Shown: in pieces, positions 45,351 to 55,290 of the stretch
Layout of the letters: the number at the start of each line of letters is the position of its first letter
Position numbering within the stretch: the stretch's first letter is position 1
Assembly: GCA_029974275.1 (NCBI GenBank)
Contig: JARKSN010000189.1
Span: 1-58,647 of the forward strand
Direction: 5' to 3'
DNA from: Candidatus Hydrogenedentota bacterium
Lineage (GTDB): Bacteria; Hydrogenedentota; Hydrogenedentia; Hydrogenedentales; SLHB01
DNA length: 58,647 bases
Program-made: the position numbers and the translations under genes
Notes under the pieces: generated by a model
What the model saw: only the letters and a program-made list of their open reading frames with translations
Told to the model about the DNA's origin: nothing
Databases searched by the model: none

Positions 45351-47147
45351 TTACTTGGCGGCGTCCGTCAGACTTGCCACCCGCGCCCAGTAGGCGTCCT
45401 TGAAACTGCTCATGGATTGGCCTTCGTTGGCGAACTGAATCTGCAGCGCATCGGCAATCGCGAAAAATTCCTTGGCGGAAGCCTTCTGTTGGACGAGTTG
45501 GTCTTCAGGCACAGGCCCCGTCTCGGGCAACCGCATCATGGCGACGTAATAGACCGGCATGCGGAACTTTTTCACGCGCAGCAACCTTTCGGGATCGTCT
45601 TTCGCCGCTCTTTCGGCCTTCGCCAATATCTTGTTCGCGCGCGGCACGAAATCATCCGCGAAAAAGGCCCCGGTCGGCGGATAGCCGAGGCCGATGTGTT
45701 CCGTTGACGTGGCGGCGCGGTCGTGCAGGAACGCGATGTATTTTCGGATGGGTTTCGCGGCGGGACCGTAATACGCGTCGGTGAATTCGGCGATTTCCTG
45801 GTCGACGTCGCGATTCGGCTTCCACAGCATGCGCGCCAGCAGGTACGCGCGGAGTTCGGCCATTTCGCCGCATCCGTTTCCTTGGTAGTTGCCCTGCTCG
45901 AAAAGACCTCGCGTGCCGTGCGCGATGAAAAACCGGATGTTCGGCTGAAGCGAATGCAAATTCGGGAACGGCTGAATGTAATGGCTGAAATTGGTCACGT
46001 AATCCCAGATGAACAGGTTTTGCGTTTTTTGCTGCCAGGCCTTCATGTCGCCCACGAAGGTCTTGTTGCGATCGCTGGGGCAGCCGTCGAGGGGGTGCGA
46101 GAAACAGCACTCGATGCTGCACAAACGCGGGGCGACGTTGTCGCGCGGGACAAGCGTCTTCGGGGCCTTGCGCGTGTACTGATAGGCCAGCGTGCCCACG
46201 AAACGGTCCGGAAATTCCTCGCAGACCGCGTCGGCCACTTGATTCACGAACCAGATAACCGGCCCCGCCTCGCTTTCTTCGGCCTTGGCGATGGCTTGGC
46301 ATGCGGCGCACTGACACGGATGGAAGCAATCGTTTTGCGAAACGTCTACGACCCTTGCATTGGGATCGGATCGGAACACTTCCCGGACGCGTTCGGTAAT
46401 CAGCGCCAGCACATCGGGATGGGTCAGGCAGAGTTGGGCCGTTTCGTGACGGCGCGCGCCGTCGATGAGCGAGTAGTATTCGGGATGCGTGGCGAAATAC
46501 GTCTGCGGCGGCACGAATTGAGCGAATGTGTGCACGCCCCAATACAGGAAGCAGCCGCCGTGAGCCTCGTCGAGTCGCACAATCCAGGAGGTATTCATCC
46601 GGTTGCGCAGGTTCCAATCCTGATCGCGGGCCTCGACCCAGAACGGTTCGCGATACAAGAGGGGCGGAACGTATGTTTCGTCGATATGCCCGATGCGCAA
46701 TGTCGATCGCTTGGGAATGCGCGAGACGGTCGGCGTGAACCAGCGGCATCCCAGGCGCTCGTCGAGGAACGCGTACACGCCGTAGGCTGTGCCGCGCACC
46801 GGCCCGCCGACAATCACCAGGCAATCGCCGCGCGTCGCGATGAGATAGCCCTCGTCGCCCAAGGCCTTCCAGTCAGGCTTGACGCCGAGTTCGTCGAGGT
46901 AGCGGGCGTTGCCCAGCACGATCGCCTTGCGCGGCAGCGGGGCGGCATCCGTCTGAATCGGCAACGTCGCGCCGGTGATTTGGGCCAAATGCGCCTGCAA
47001 GTCCGCCGCCGCCGTATCCACGACCGGCGCGCACTTCTCCGGCTTCACGATGACGTACTCGCTTTTTCCGTTCTGGGCGAGCGTGATGGCCCATGCGGGC
47101 GCCGCCCCCAGGAAGATGACCATCGGGAAAATGACGTAACCGCGCAT
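45351..47147 (-). CDS. Secreted DUF4838-family putative glycoside hydrolase
   Basis: Signal peptide, GTAYGVYAFL..LGCRWF, HPEYY, QLCLTHPDV, SQND..CQC..C, TLAYQYT, IWDY. ATG after GAGGAGG. Confidence 0.8.
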   Translation of the reverse strand: MRGYVIFPMVIFLGAAPAWAITLAQNGKSEYVIVKPEKCAPVVDTAAADLQAHLAQITGATLPIQTDAAPLPRKAIVLGNARYLDELGVKPDWKALGDEGYLIATRGDCLVIVGGPVRGTAYGVYAFLDERLGCRWFTPTVSRIPKRSTLRIGHIDETYVPPLLYREPFWVEARDQDWNLRNRMNTSWIVRLDEAHGGCFLYWGVHTFAQFVPPQTYFATHPEYYSLIDGARRHETAQLCLTHPDVLALITERVREVFRSDPNARVVDVSQNDCFHPCQCAACQAIAKAEESEAGPVIWFVNQVADAVCEEFPDRFVGTLAYQYTRKAPKTLVPRDNVAPRLCSIECCFSHPLDGCPSDRNKTFVGDMKAWQQKTQNLFIWDYVTNFSHYIQPFPNLHSLQPNIRFFIAHGTRGLFEQGNYQGNGCGEMAELRAYLLARMLWKPNRDVDQEIAEFTDAYYGPAAKPIRKYIAFLHDRAATSTEHIGLGYPPTGAFFADDFVPRANKILAKAERAAKDDPERLLRVKKFRMPVYYVAMMRLPETGPVPEDQLVQQKASAKEFFAIADALQIQFANEGQSMSSFKDAYWARVASLTDAAK

Positions 47148-47313
47148 GAGACGCCTCCTCTGCGAGTTATGGGTTTCGTGGAACACCGTATCATACCGCG
47201 CCCGCGGCGCGCATGTTTCGTTTCGGCCCGGAAAGCGCCGCAAGGGAAGCGAGAAAGGAGGAGGCTCGACGGGGCTCTGGCTGCGCGGAGGCGGCGAGCG
47301 GCGTCCGAAACGC

Positions 47314-48453
47314 TCAGTCGTGCGGGATGGGAAATTCGAGCGAGAATAGGGCTCCGCCGGTCGCGTGTGCGGCGAGATGAACGCTGCCGCTGTGGCGTTG
47401 CATGACGTTTTTGACGACGGCGAGCCCCAAGCCGGTGCCGGCGCGGCCTTTCGTCGTGTAAAACGTGTTGAACACGCGCAAACGCGCTTCCGGGGGAATC
47501 CCCGGCCCGTTGTCCCCCACCGAGATGAAGACCCGATCGTCCCGCCGCCCTGTCACGATATCGAGCAGCCCCGGTCTTTGCTGGTTTTCCATCGCCTGGC
47601 ATGCGTTCGTTATGAGGTTGAGAAGCGCCTGCCGCACCAGCGTGAAATCTCCCTTGATAAGGGGAATGCCTGTCGCCAACGAAACGCGCGTCTCGACCCG
47701 CTGCCGGCTGAGCAAGGGATGAGCCACCTCAAGACAGATGTTCACGGCATCGTTGAGATTGATGGTGGCGAGTTCGTGGGTGTTGTGCCGCAGAAAACCC
47801 ATGGTGGCGCGAACGATGTCGCTGCAGTGTTCGACCTGCGACAAGACGGTTTGCAAGCGCTTTTCGAGTTCGGGGGGCTGGTTTTTCAGGAGGGCCAGTT
47901 CGATCTGGCTGCCGATAATGGTGAGGGGAGTGCCGAGGTCGTGCAGCATGCCCGAAACAAAACGCCCCAGCGTTTCAAAACGGTTGGCCTCGAGGGCCAG
48001 TTGCTCCAGTTGGCACCGTTCGAGTTCCCGCCGGCGCTTTTCGAGCCCCTCCTGCACGTACCGCATCATCGCCATGCTGTCAAAAGGTTTTTCAATGTAG
48101 GCGAATGCGCCGTACTCGACGGCCTTCATGGCGGAATCCAACTGACCGAAGCCCGTGAGGATAATCACTTCGATGTCGGGGTGCGTTCGCTTCATCCACT
48201 GCAACAAGTCGATGCCGGTCTGTTGCGGCATGCGCATGTCGGTGATGACCAGGTCGATGGGGGTTTGTTCGAGAATGGTTTTTGCCGAAGACACGTCTTC
48301 GGCCAGGGCGACTTCATGCTGCTCTTTCAACAACATGCGCAACGACTGCCGCGGCCCTCGTTCATCGTCCACCACCAGGATCCGTCCGCGGAGGCCTACT
48401 TCTTCGTCAATGCAGACTGCCGGTTCCCCACTCACAATATGCGGCACTTCCAT
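47314..48453 (-). CDS. Cytoplasmic REC-histidine kinase hybrid
   Basis: ILVVDDE..ITDMRMP..YIEKPF, then MLHDLGTPL, NLITNA, DNGPGI, FYTTK, GTGLGL. Start is tentative. Confidence 0.88.
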   Translation of the reverse strand: MEVPHIVSGEPAVCIDEEVGLRGRILVVDDERGPRQSLRMLLKEQHEVALAEDVSSAKTILEQTPIDLVITDMRMPQQTGIDLLQWMKRTHPDIEVIILTGFGQLDSAMKAVEYGAFAYIEKPFDSMAMMRYVQEGLEKRRRELERCQLEQLALEANRFETLGRFVSGMLHDLGTPLTIIGSQIELALLKNQPPELEKRLQTVLSQVEHCSDIVRATMGFLRHNTHELATINLNDAVNICLEVAHPLLSRQRVETRVSLATGIPLIKGDFTLVRQALLNLITNACQAMENQQRPGLLDIVTGRRDDRVFISVGDNGPGIPPEARLRVFNTFYTTKGRAGTGLGLAVVKNVMQRHSGSVHLAAHATGGALFSLEFPIPHD

Positions 48454-48546
48454 GATTCTTGCGCTGAGATACACGTCCCCGGCTCTCTGCCAAGGAACAA
48501 GCCTCTGCGCCGCCCCAGGCACACATCCCGCACACGTACCATAATG

Positions 48547-48576
48547 AGTATGCCATCTCGACAAGCGTTTTGTCAA
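48547..48576 (-). promoter_or_regulatory. Putative sigma70 promoter of the hybrid kinase
   Basis: Minus strand reads TTGACA-N18-CATACT with TG extended -10. Confidence 0.55.
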
Positions 48577-48920
48577 TAGTTTATTTTCGCTTGCCAAAAC
48601 CCGATTATCCGGCATTATTTCCGGCTTATCACGATCCTATCGATATGAAAACCCGTCAAAAACAAAAAAATTGGATTCATCCGATCCCTCAATCGTCCAT
48701 ACGATCAAATGAATTTAATCTTTTTGCTCCATTGTTGTAATTTTAGCTGTTCCGTCCATCGATAATATATATAGTAAACTATTCATATAGCAATAATTGT
48801 CCTGCCGCGGGAGCGAGGAAGCGATAATGGCAGGACGAAGGGTGGCATTGCGAAGCGTTTTTGCTGCATACTTGGCCGTTCGAAGCAAGCGGATAGGCTG
48901 TGGCAAATGGGGGTGCAAGC

Positions 48921-51770
48921 ATGGGAAAGAAAGGGCACGACTTCGCGAGGATGCGCCGATGGGGGCGTTTGCTGGGGCTTGTGATGGCGATTGGGGCCTC
49001 GTTTGGCGTGCACGCGGAACCGTTTACAGGGCGCGGGGAGACGAAGATGGACAGGGCGAAATCGGTGCAGTTCCGGTTCGAGGGCGAGGTGGGGCGTCGC
49101 GTCGATGCGATCGTCGAGACGTGGTTGTTGCGTGCGCCGGACGCGAATCCGGGCATCATCGACATGTTTCACCGCCGCGACCGCCATTTGCCGTACGGTC
49201 AAGTGGTCCCGTGGGCGGGCGAGTTCGCCGGGAAATACCTCATCTCCGCGGTGCAGGCGCTCGACATGACCGATGACCCGCGTCTCGAACCGTTTGTCAA
49301 GGAATTCGTCAATCAACTTATCGACAGCCAGGCGGAAGACGGCTATCTCGGGCCATTCACGAAGCCGGAACGCTTGCTTGCGCATTGGGATTTGTGGGGC
49401 CATTACCATTGCATGCAGGGGCTGTTGCTGTGGCACGATCGCACGGGCGACGAGCGCGCATTGAAGTGTGCGGAGCGCGCGGCGAACCTGATGTGCGACC
49501 TCTATGTGGGCACGGAGCATCGGCCCGTCCAAGCCGGCGCGCCGGAAACCAACAATCTCGCGGTGATGCACGTGATGGCAAACCTCTATCGCCGCACCGG
49601 CAACCCGCGCTACATGCAATTCATCAAGGTCATCGAAGAAGACATGACCACCGTCGGCGATTGGTTGCGCCAGGGCGATGCGGGCACGCCCTTTTTCCTG
49701 CTGAACGGGCAGGGGAATCGCTGGGAGAGTCTGCATATCGTTCAGGGCCTCGCCGAGATGTACCGTGTCACCGGCGACGAGTGTTACAAGAAGGCCGTCC
49801 TGACGCTCTGGGACAGCATGCGGCGCTACGACCGCCACCCCTCCGGCGCGTTCTCGACGTTCGAACGCGGCGCGGGATCGGTGTATGCCCCCGGACAGAT
49901 CGAGACGTGTTGCAGCATTGCATGGGTAGCGCTGACGCTCGACGTGCTGGAACTCACGGGTGCCGCATCCGCGGCGGACGAACTCGAACTCACGACGTGG
50001 AATCAGGCCCTCGCGGCGCAACATCCGTCGGGCAGTTGGTGCACCTACGACACGCCGCTCAACGGCACGCGCTATCCCGCGTTTCACCAGATCAATTTCC
50101 AGGCCCGGCCCAGCGCGCCGGAATTGAACTGCTGCGCCCCGAACGCCCCGCGTGCGTTGACCATCCTGCGCTCGTGGGGAATCATGGAAGACGCGGCAAA
50201 AAGCGAACATCCGGGCGTTGTCGTGAACTTCTACGGTCCGGGCGTTTTCGAGCTGCAGCGCGCGAACGGCAACCCGATCAAACTCACGCAGGAAACGCGC
50301 TATCCCGTCGACGGCGCAGTGAAGATCGTCGTCGCGCCCAAACGCAAGGAGGCTTTTCCATTGCGCCTACGCATTCCGGCGTGGTCGAAGGCTACGTCGG
50401 TCACTGTCAACGGCAAGGCATGGACGGAGCAACCGAACCCCGGCACGCACCTCGTTATCGATCGCGCATGGAAGAAGGGAGACACCGTCGTGTTGACCTT
50501 CGACATGACGCCGCGCTACTGGTCGGGATGCGGCATGCGCAACGGCCAGGCCGTGCTCTATGTCGGGCCGCTGTTGCTGGCGTACGATACGTACAACAAC
50601 GCGATCGAGATGAAAGACCTGGCCGCATTCGATGTTTCCACGCTGAAGCTGGAACCGGTCGTCGTGGCGAAGCAGTGGCCCGAAGCCTGTACGCCGATGG
50701 CCGCGTGGAAAGCCTGTACGAGTAATGGCACGGAGGTGGTGCTCACGGACTTTGCCAACGCCGGCGCGCATGGCACGGAGTACGCCGCGTGGCTTCCCGT
50801 GACGCACGCCGCGCCGCCGCCTGTTCAACTCGAAGCGCCCATGAACGGCGCGGCGATGGGGCCGGGGACGGTCCTGTTCGAGTGGGCCTATTACGGCGCG
50901 CCCAAGGACTACCACTACGAGTTGATCGTGGCGAAAGATGCGGCACTGACGCAGGTCGTGCTGCACGAGGAAATCCCGCTGGCCAGTTTCTTTCTGGCGC
51001 GCGATCGCTTCACCGAGGCTGGCGCGTATTTCTGGACCGTGCGCACGGTGAACGACAATGGAGCCACGACCGACCCCACGGCCCCGCGTTCCTTCACGAT
51101 TGATCGCGCGCAGGCGCCTTATGCAGGCTACATCGAACCGCAGCCCAACGGCCCGATCGCGGCCTCGCCCATGGACGGGTCCGGCGCCGCCTCCGTGGGC
51201 TTGCCCGTCGCGCAGGGCGGATCGATACGTCCCGCCGCCGACCGTTTCGGTGCGCCGAACAAGGCCCTCGAATTCTGGTGGTATTGGAGCTTGGCCACCA
51301 TGCGCTACAAAATTCCCGCGTTCCCGGAGAAGGACTATGCGTTCTCGGCATGGCTGTGCCCGGCGAAAGAGGGTCCTGGCGTTCCGGGCGACCGCTGGGT
51401 GTTCTCGGCGTGGACCGCGTTTGGGGACGATCCCTTGCGCGTTGTGCAGACTCCGCAAGGACTCGTCGCTGCCATTGAAACAAAGGACAAGACCTACACG
51501 ACGCCCGCCGAGTCAATCGAGAAGGGGAAATGGATTCACGTCGCCGCAGTGAAAGAGGGCGCAACATTGACGCTGTACATTGACGGTGAAGCGAAGCAAA
51601 GCGTCGCCGTGCCCAAAACCGTTCGCAGCGCCAGCACGGCCCTTGGCCTGAGCAGCAATCCCGCGTTCGCCGCGCACAGCGATCGCTTCACCGGAAGCAT
51701 CGACGAGTTCGCGTTCTATCCGCGAGCTTTGACGCAGGAAGGAATCGCTGCGCTCGCGCAAAACCGTTGA
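48921..51770 (+). CDS. GH127/GH146-like beta-L-arabinofuranosidase with C-terminal LamG-like domain
   Basis: WAGEFAGKY, QAEDGYLGPF, ETCC and LNCC Cys motifs, QETRYPVDG, LRLRIPAWS, GPLLLAYD, and WIHVAAV..LYIDG..FTGSIDEFAFY. Start is uncertain. Confidence 0.82.
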   Translation: MGKKGHDFARMRRWGRLLGLVMAIGASFGVHAEPFTGRGETKMDRAKSVQFRFEGEVGRRVDAIVETWLLRAPDANPGIIDMFHRRDRHLPYGQVVPWAGEFAGKYLISAVQALDMTDDPRLEPFVKEFVNQLIDSQAEDGYLGPFTKPERLLAHWDLWGHYHCMQGLLLWHDRTGDERALKCAERAANLMCDLYVGTEHRPVQAGAPETNNLAVMHVMANLYRRTGNPRYMQFIKVIEEDMTTVGDWLRQGDAGTPFFLLNGQGNRWESLHIVQGLAEMYRVTGDECYKKAVLTLWDSMRRYDRHPSGAFSTFERGAGSVYAPGQIETCCSIAWVALTLDVLELTGAASAADELELTTWNQALAAQHPSGSWCTYDTPLNGTRYPAFHQINFQARPSAPELNCCAPNAPRALTILRSWGIMEDAAKSEHPGVVVNFYGPGVFELQRANGNPIKLTQETRYPVDGAVKIVVAPKRKEAFPLRLRIPAWSKATSVTVNGKAWTEQPNPGTHLVIDRAWKKGDTVVLTFDMTPRYWSGCGMRNGQAVLYVGPLLLAYDTYNNAIEMKDLAAFDVSTLKLEPVVVAKQWPEACTPMAAWKACTSNGTEVVLTDFANAGAHGTEYAAWLPVTHAAPPPVQLEAPMNGAAMGPGTVLFEWAYYGAPKDYHYELIVAKDAALTQVVLHEEIPLASFFLARDRFTEAGAYFWTVRTVNDNGATTDPTAPRSFTIDRAQAPYAGYIEPQPNGPIAASPMDGSGAASVGLPVAQGGSIRPAADRFGAPNKALEFWWYWSLATMRYKIPAFPEKDYAFSAWLCPAKEGPGVPGDRWVFSAWTAFGDDPLRVVQTPQGLVAAIETKDKTYTTPAESIEKGKWIHVAAVKEGATLTLYIDGEAKQSVAVPKTVRSASTALGLSSNPAFAAHSDRFTGSIDEFAFYPRALTQEGIAALAQNR

Positions 51771-51861
51771 GAAGGAATGGAATGCGGATCGTGTAGAGGA
51801 CGATGCCGCGTGATGCCAGAGCGGCTACGGAAGAGGAACAACGCCCTAGGAAGGAAGAACG

Positions 51862-53064
51862 ATGAGCAGACCGTATGATGTGATGATTGCCGGACATGTG
51901 TGTTTCGATGTGATCCCGCGCTTCCCCGACACGGGCGCGAAGTCGATCGGCGACATCATGCGCCCCGGCAAATTGGTTGAGATGGGCGACGTGAAGATGA
52001 GCACGGGCGGGCCCGTCTCGAACACCGGCATCGGCCTCAAAATTCTCGGCAACAATGTCTGCTTCAGCGCGCGCACGGGCGACGACGATTTCGGCAAGCT
52101 GACGCTTGAGTATCTCCAGCGCACCGGCAATGCCGAAGGCATCCACGTCGTGCCGGGCAGCGTCAGCTCGTACACCGTCGTGGTGGCGCCGCCGAACATC
52201 GACCGCATCTTCCTGCACAATCCCGGCACGAACAACGAGTACCGCGCGGACGACCTCGATCCGGCGCTCATCGCGCAGTGCCGCCACTTCCATTTCGGCT
52301 ACCCGCCGTTGATGCGCAGCATGTACGAGAACGAGGGGCGCGAGCTTCAGCGCGTGTTCCAGATCGCCAAGGAAGCCGGTGCGACGACCTCCTGCGACAT
52401 GGCCCTGCCGGACCCGGCGTCGATCGCGGGCAAAGCGCCGTGGGCAAGGATTCTCGCGAATATCCTGCCGTACATCGACATCTATCTGCCGTCGATCGAA
52501 GAGTCGTTCTACATGCTCGAACCGGAAGCGTTCCTACAGATGAAGGAAAAGCATCAGGGCGCGGACCTCATCGACTTCCTGACCCCGGAAGACTACGACA
52601 GGATCGCGACAAAGCTGCTGTCGTTGGGCTGCAAGATGACTTCGCTGAAGTCGGGCCATCGCGGCTATTACTTCCGCACCGGGTCGAAGGCGTCGTTCGA
52701 AGGCATGGGCGCGGCGCGTCCCGGCGACGCAGACAACTGGGACAACCGAGAGTTGTGGTGTCCGGCGTTTTCCGCGCCGAACTTGGCCAGCGCGACGGGA
52801 TCCGGCGATTCGTCGATCTCGGGCTTCCTCACGGCTTTCCTGCGCGGATATACACTCGAAGAATCGCTGAAATGCGCGAACTGCCTCGGCTGGCAGAACG
52901 TCCAAGTGCTCGATGCCATCAGCGGCATCCACACCTGGGGCGAAACCCTCGACCTCCTCAAAAAGAAAATGCCCATGAACGACGTCCATATCTCGTCGCC
53001 CAGCTGGAAATGGCACGACGGTCTCGATCTGTGGTCAGGCCCGGCGGATATTTTGAGCAAGTAA
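51862..53064 (+). CDS. PfkB-family carbohydrate kinase
   Basis: GGPVSNTG..GDDDFG, DRIFLHNPG, ATGSGDSSISGFL. Confidence 0.88.
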   Translation: MSRPYDVMIAGHVCFDVIPRFPDTGAKSIGDIMRPGKLVEMGDVKMSTGGPVSNTGIGLKILGNNVCFSARTGDDDFGKLTLEYLQRTGNAEGIHVVPGSVSSYTVVVAPPNIDRIFLHNPGTNNEYRADDLDPALIAQCRHFHFGYPPLMRSMYENEGRELQRVFQIAKEAGATTSCDMALPDPASIAGKAPWARILANILPYIDIYLPSIEESFYMLEPEAFLQMKEKHQGADLIDFLTPEDYDRIATKLLSLGCKMTSLKSGHRGYYFRTGSKASFEGMGAARPGDADNWDNRELWCPAFSAPNLASATGSGDSSISGFLTAFLRGYTLEESLKCANCLGWQNVQVLDAISGIHTWGETLDLLKKKMPMNDVHISSPSWKWHDGLDLWSGPADILSK

Positions 53065-53077
53065 CGCATAAGAGATA

Positions 53078-53219
53078 CCGGGGGAAACCTTTTTGGGAAA
53101 AAGGTTTCCCCCGGACCCCTTTCCAAAAACTTTTGTGTGGTAGGCAGCGCGAAGCGCACCCAGAAGTTCTTGGGAAGGGGTCTGGGGAAACCCTTCTTTC
53201 CAAGAAGGGTTTCCCCAGA
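53078..53219. repeat. Three-hairpin palindromic intergenic repeat, copy 3
   Basis: CCGGGGGAAACCTTTTTgggAAAAAGGTTTCCCCCGG..CCCCTTTCCAAAAACTTTTG..CAGAAGTTCTTGGGAAGGGG-TCTGGGGAAACCCTTCTTtccAAGAAGGGTTTCCCCAGA. Confidence 0.92.
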
Positions 53220-53249
53220 TAGCTTTGTTACCTCTTCAGGAGGCTTTTT

Positions 53250-55178
53250 ATGAGACTTGTACGCATAGGCACGGCGGCGGTATCGCTGAAGGTTGGTGAT
53301 TTTAAGGGCAACGGCGCGCGGTTGCGCGAAGCCATTGAGGCGGCGCAGGGAGACGGCGTGCATTTGCTCGTCACGCCCGAGCTGAGTTTGTCTGGATACA
53401 GCCTCGAAGATCGCATCTGGTGGCCTGACATCGCCCGCCGCAGTTGGGACGCGCTCGAAGACCTTGCCTCCGCGTGCAATGAAACTGCTACGTTCGTTGG
53501 ATTACCCATCCAAGCGGACCGCGCGTTCATGTACAACGCGGTGGCGCTGTTGTATGGCGGCCGTATTCATGGCCTCATCCTCAAGAAGTTTCTGCCGACC
53601 TACAGCATTTTCTACGAAGGCCGCAACTGGACGCCGTGGCGCGAAGGCGTCACCGAGATCAACGGCGTGCCCGCGGGCGACATCGTGTTCGACCTGCCCT
53701 TTGGCAAGGTCAGTGCCGAAATTTGCGAAGACATGTGGTCGGCGCATTCGCCCGCGTTTGCGCGCGTGGCGGCGGGCGCAGAGATTATCTGCAACAGCAG
53801 CGCGTCGCCCTTCACCCCGCGCAAGAACAAGCACCGTCGACGTTTGATCGTCGGCGCAGCGTCCAGTCTTGCCTGCGTCTATGCGTACACCAACGTGCTC
53901 GGCTGCGACAACAGCCGTCTCGTATTCGACGGTGGCGGCTTCATTGCGACGCCGGAAGGCATCGCGGCGGAGGCGCCGTTGCTGTCGACGAAGTACTGGA
54001 CGCTGACCACGGCGGTCGTCGATCTCGACGACGTCAGCCGCGTGCGCGCCGAGAACTCGACGTGGCGGCAGAACGCCCTCGCGAAAAACGGTGACGGCCA
54101 AAACCAGATTGTGACGGCGCACGGAACCTACACGCCCGCGCCTGTGGGCGATTTTGTGGCGCAAATGCCCGAGAGTTTCTATGTGCCGGAACCGACTGTT
54201 CCTGTGAACGAGGCCGATGCCTATTTTGACGAACTGTTCACGGCGTTGTCGTTGGGGTTGCGCGATTACTTCGAGAAGGCGGGCGTATTCCGCAAATATC
54301 TCGTGGCATTGTCCGGCGGACGTGACAGCGCGCTATGCCTGTTGCTCGCTGTGAACGCCGCGAAGGCGCTCAACGAAGGCAAGGATGTTGCCCAGTACAC
54401 CGAGCGCGTCGCGGCGGTCTACTTGCCCAACAAGGCCTACAGCACCAGCGACACGCACGATGCCGCGCGTGCGCTCGCGGAAGAACTTGGGGTGCCGTTC
54501 AAGGTTGTGTCGATTGAGGAAGAGGCCGATATCGCGTTACGGAAAGCGGGTGAACTGGCCGACGGCATCGAGAACGTCACGCCGCTCGCGAAACAGAACC
54601 TGCAAGCCCGCGTGCGCGGCAACATGATGCTCAACTGGGCCAACAGCGCGCAGTCGTTATTGCTCGTGACCTCCAACCTCAGCGAGGCGGCCGTTGGCTA
54701 CACGACGACCGGCGGCGACAACCAAGGCGGCTATTCGCCCATCGCCAACGTGCCGAAGACGCTCATCAGTCTGTTGCTCGAATACATCGCGCGGCGCGAT
54801 GGCATTATGTCATTGCAACGCGTGCTCGACATTCCGCCGAGCGCCGAGCTCGCGCCGGACCAGAAAGACGAGGCCGACCTCATGCCCTACGTCGTGCTCG
54901 ATGATTTGCTGTTTTTGTTTGGCCGGCGGCGCATGGCGCTGCCCGACTGCTGGCGCGTACTCGTGCATCGCCATCCCGAACACGACATCGAAACCCTGCG
55001 CGCGTGGACTGCGAAGTTTGGCAAACTCTTCGCCTACAACCAGTGGAAACGCGAGCAACTCCCGGTCACGATGAAGGTACTCGACCTCGACCTCGATCCC
55101 AAGACCGGCTTCCGTTTTCCTGTGCTGCAGAGCATCGACGCGGAACTCGAGGAATTGACCACGGCAACGTTGGCGTAA
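53250..55178 (+). CDS. nadE: Glutamine-dependent NAD+ synthetase
   Basis: Nitrilase domain triad (TPELSLSGY, KKFLPTY, EICEDMW) plus LSGGRDS, NLQARVR, SNLSE, PSAEL..QKDE. Confidence 0.93.
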   Translation: MRLVRIGTAAVSLKVGDFKGNGARLREAIEAAQGDGVHLLVTPELSLSGYSLEDRIWWPDIARRSWDALEDLASACNETATFVGLPIQADRAFMYNAVALLYGGRIHGLILKKFLPTYSIFYEGRNWTPWREGVTEINGVPAGDIVFDLPFGKVSAEICEDMWSAHSPAFARVAAGAEIICNSSASPFTPRKNKHRRRLIVGAASSLACVYAYTNVLGCDNSRLVFDGGGFIATPEGIAAEAPLLSTKYWTLTTAVVDLDDVSRVRAENSTWRQNALAKNGDGQNQIVTAHGTYTPAPVGDFVAQMPESFYVPEPTVPVNEADAYFDELFTALSLGLRDYFEKAGVFRKYLVALSGGRDSALCLLLAVNAAKALNEGKDVAQYTERVAAVYLPNKAYSTSDTHDAARALAEELGVPFKVVSIEEEADIALRKAGELADGIENVTPLAKQNLQARVRGNMMLNWANSAQSLLLVTSNLSEAAVGYTTTGGDNQGGYSPIANVPKTLISLLLEYIARRDGIMSLQRVLDIPPSAELAPDQKDEADLMPYVVLDDLLFLFGRRRMALPDCWRVLVHRHPEHDIETLRAWTAKFGKLFAYNQWKREQLPVTMKVLDLDLDPKTGFRFPVLQSIDAELEELTTATLA

Positions 55179-55290
55179 CGCCTCCTGCAACGAAGGCCAA
55201 GGCGTGGCCGGAGTGGTTCTTTGTCCATCGCCACGCCTGAGCCGCGGGACAAAAACAGGGAAATGCGCCGGCATCCTGTCCGAATGGGCA

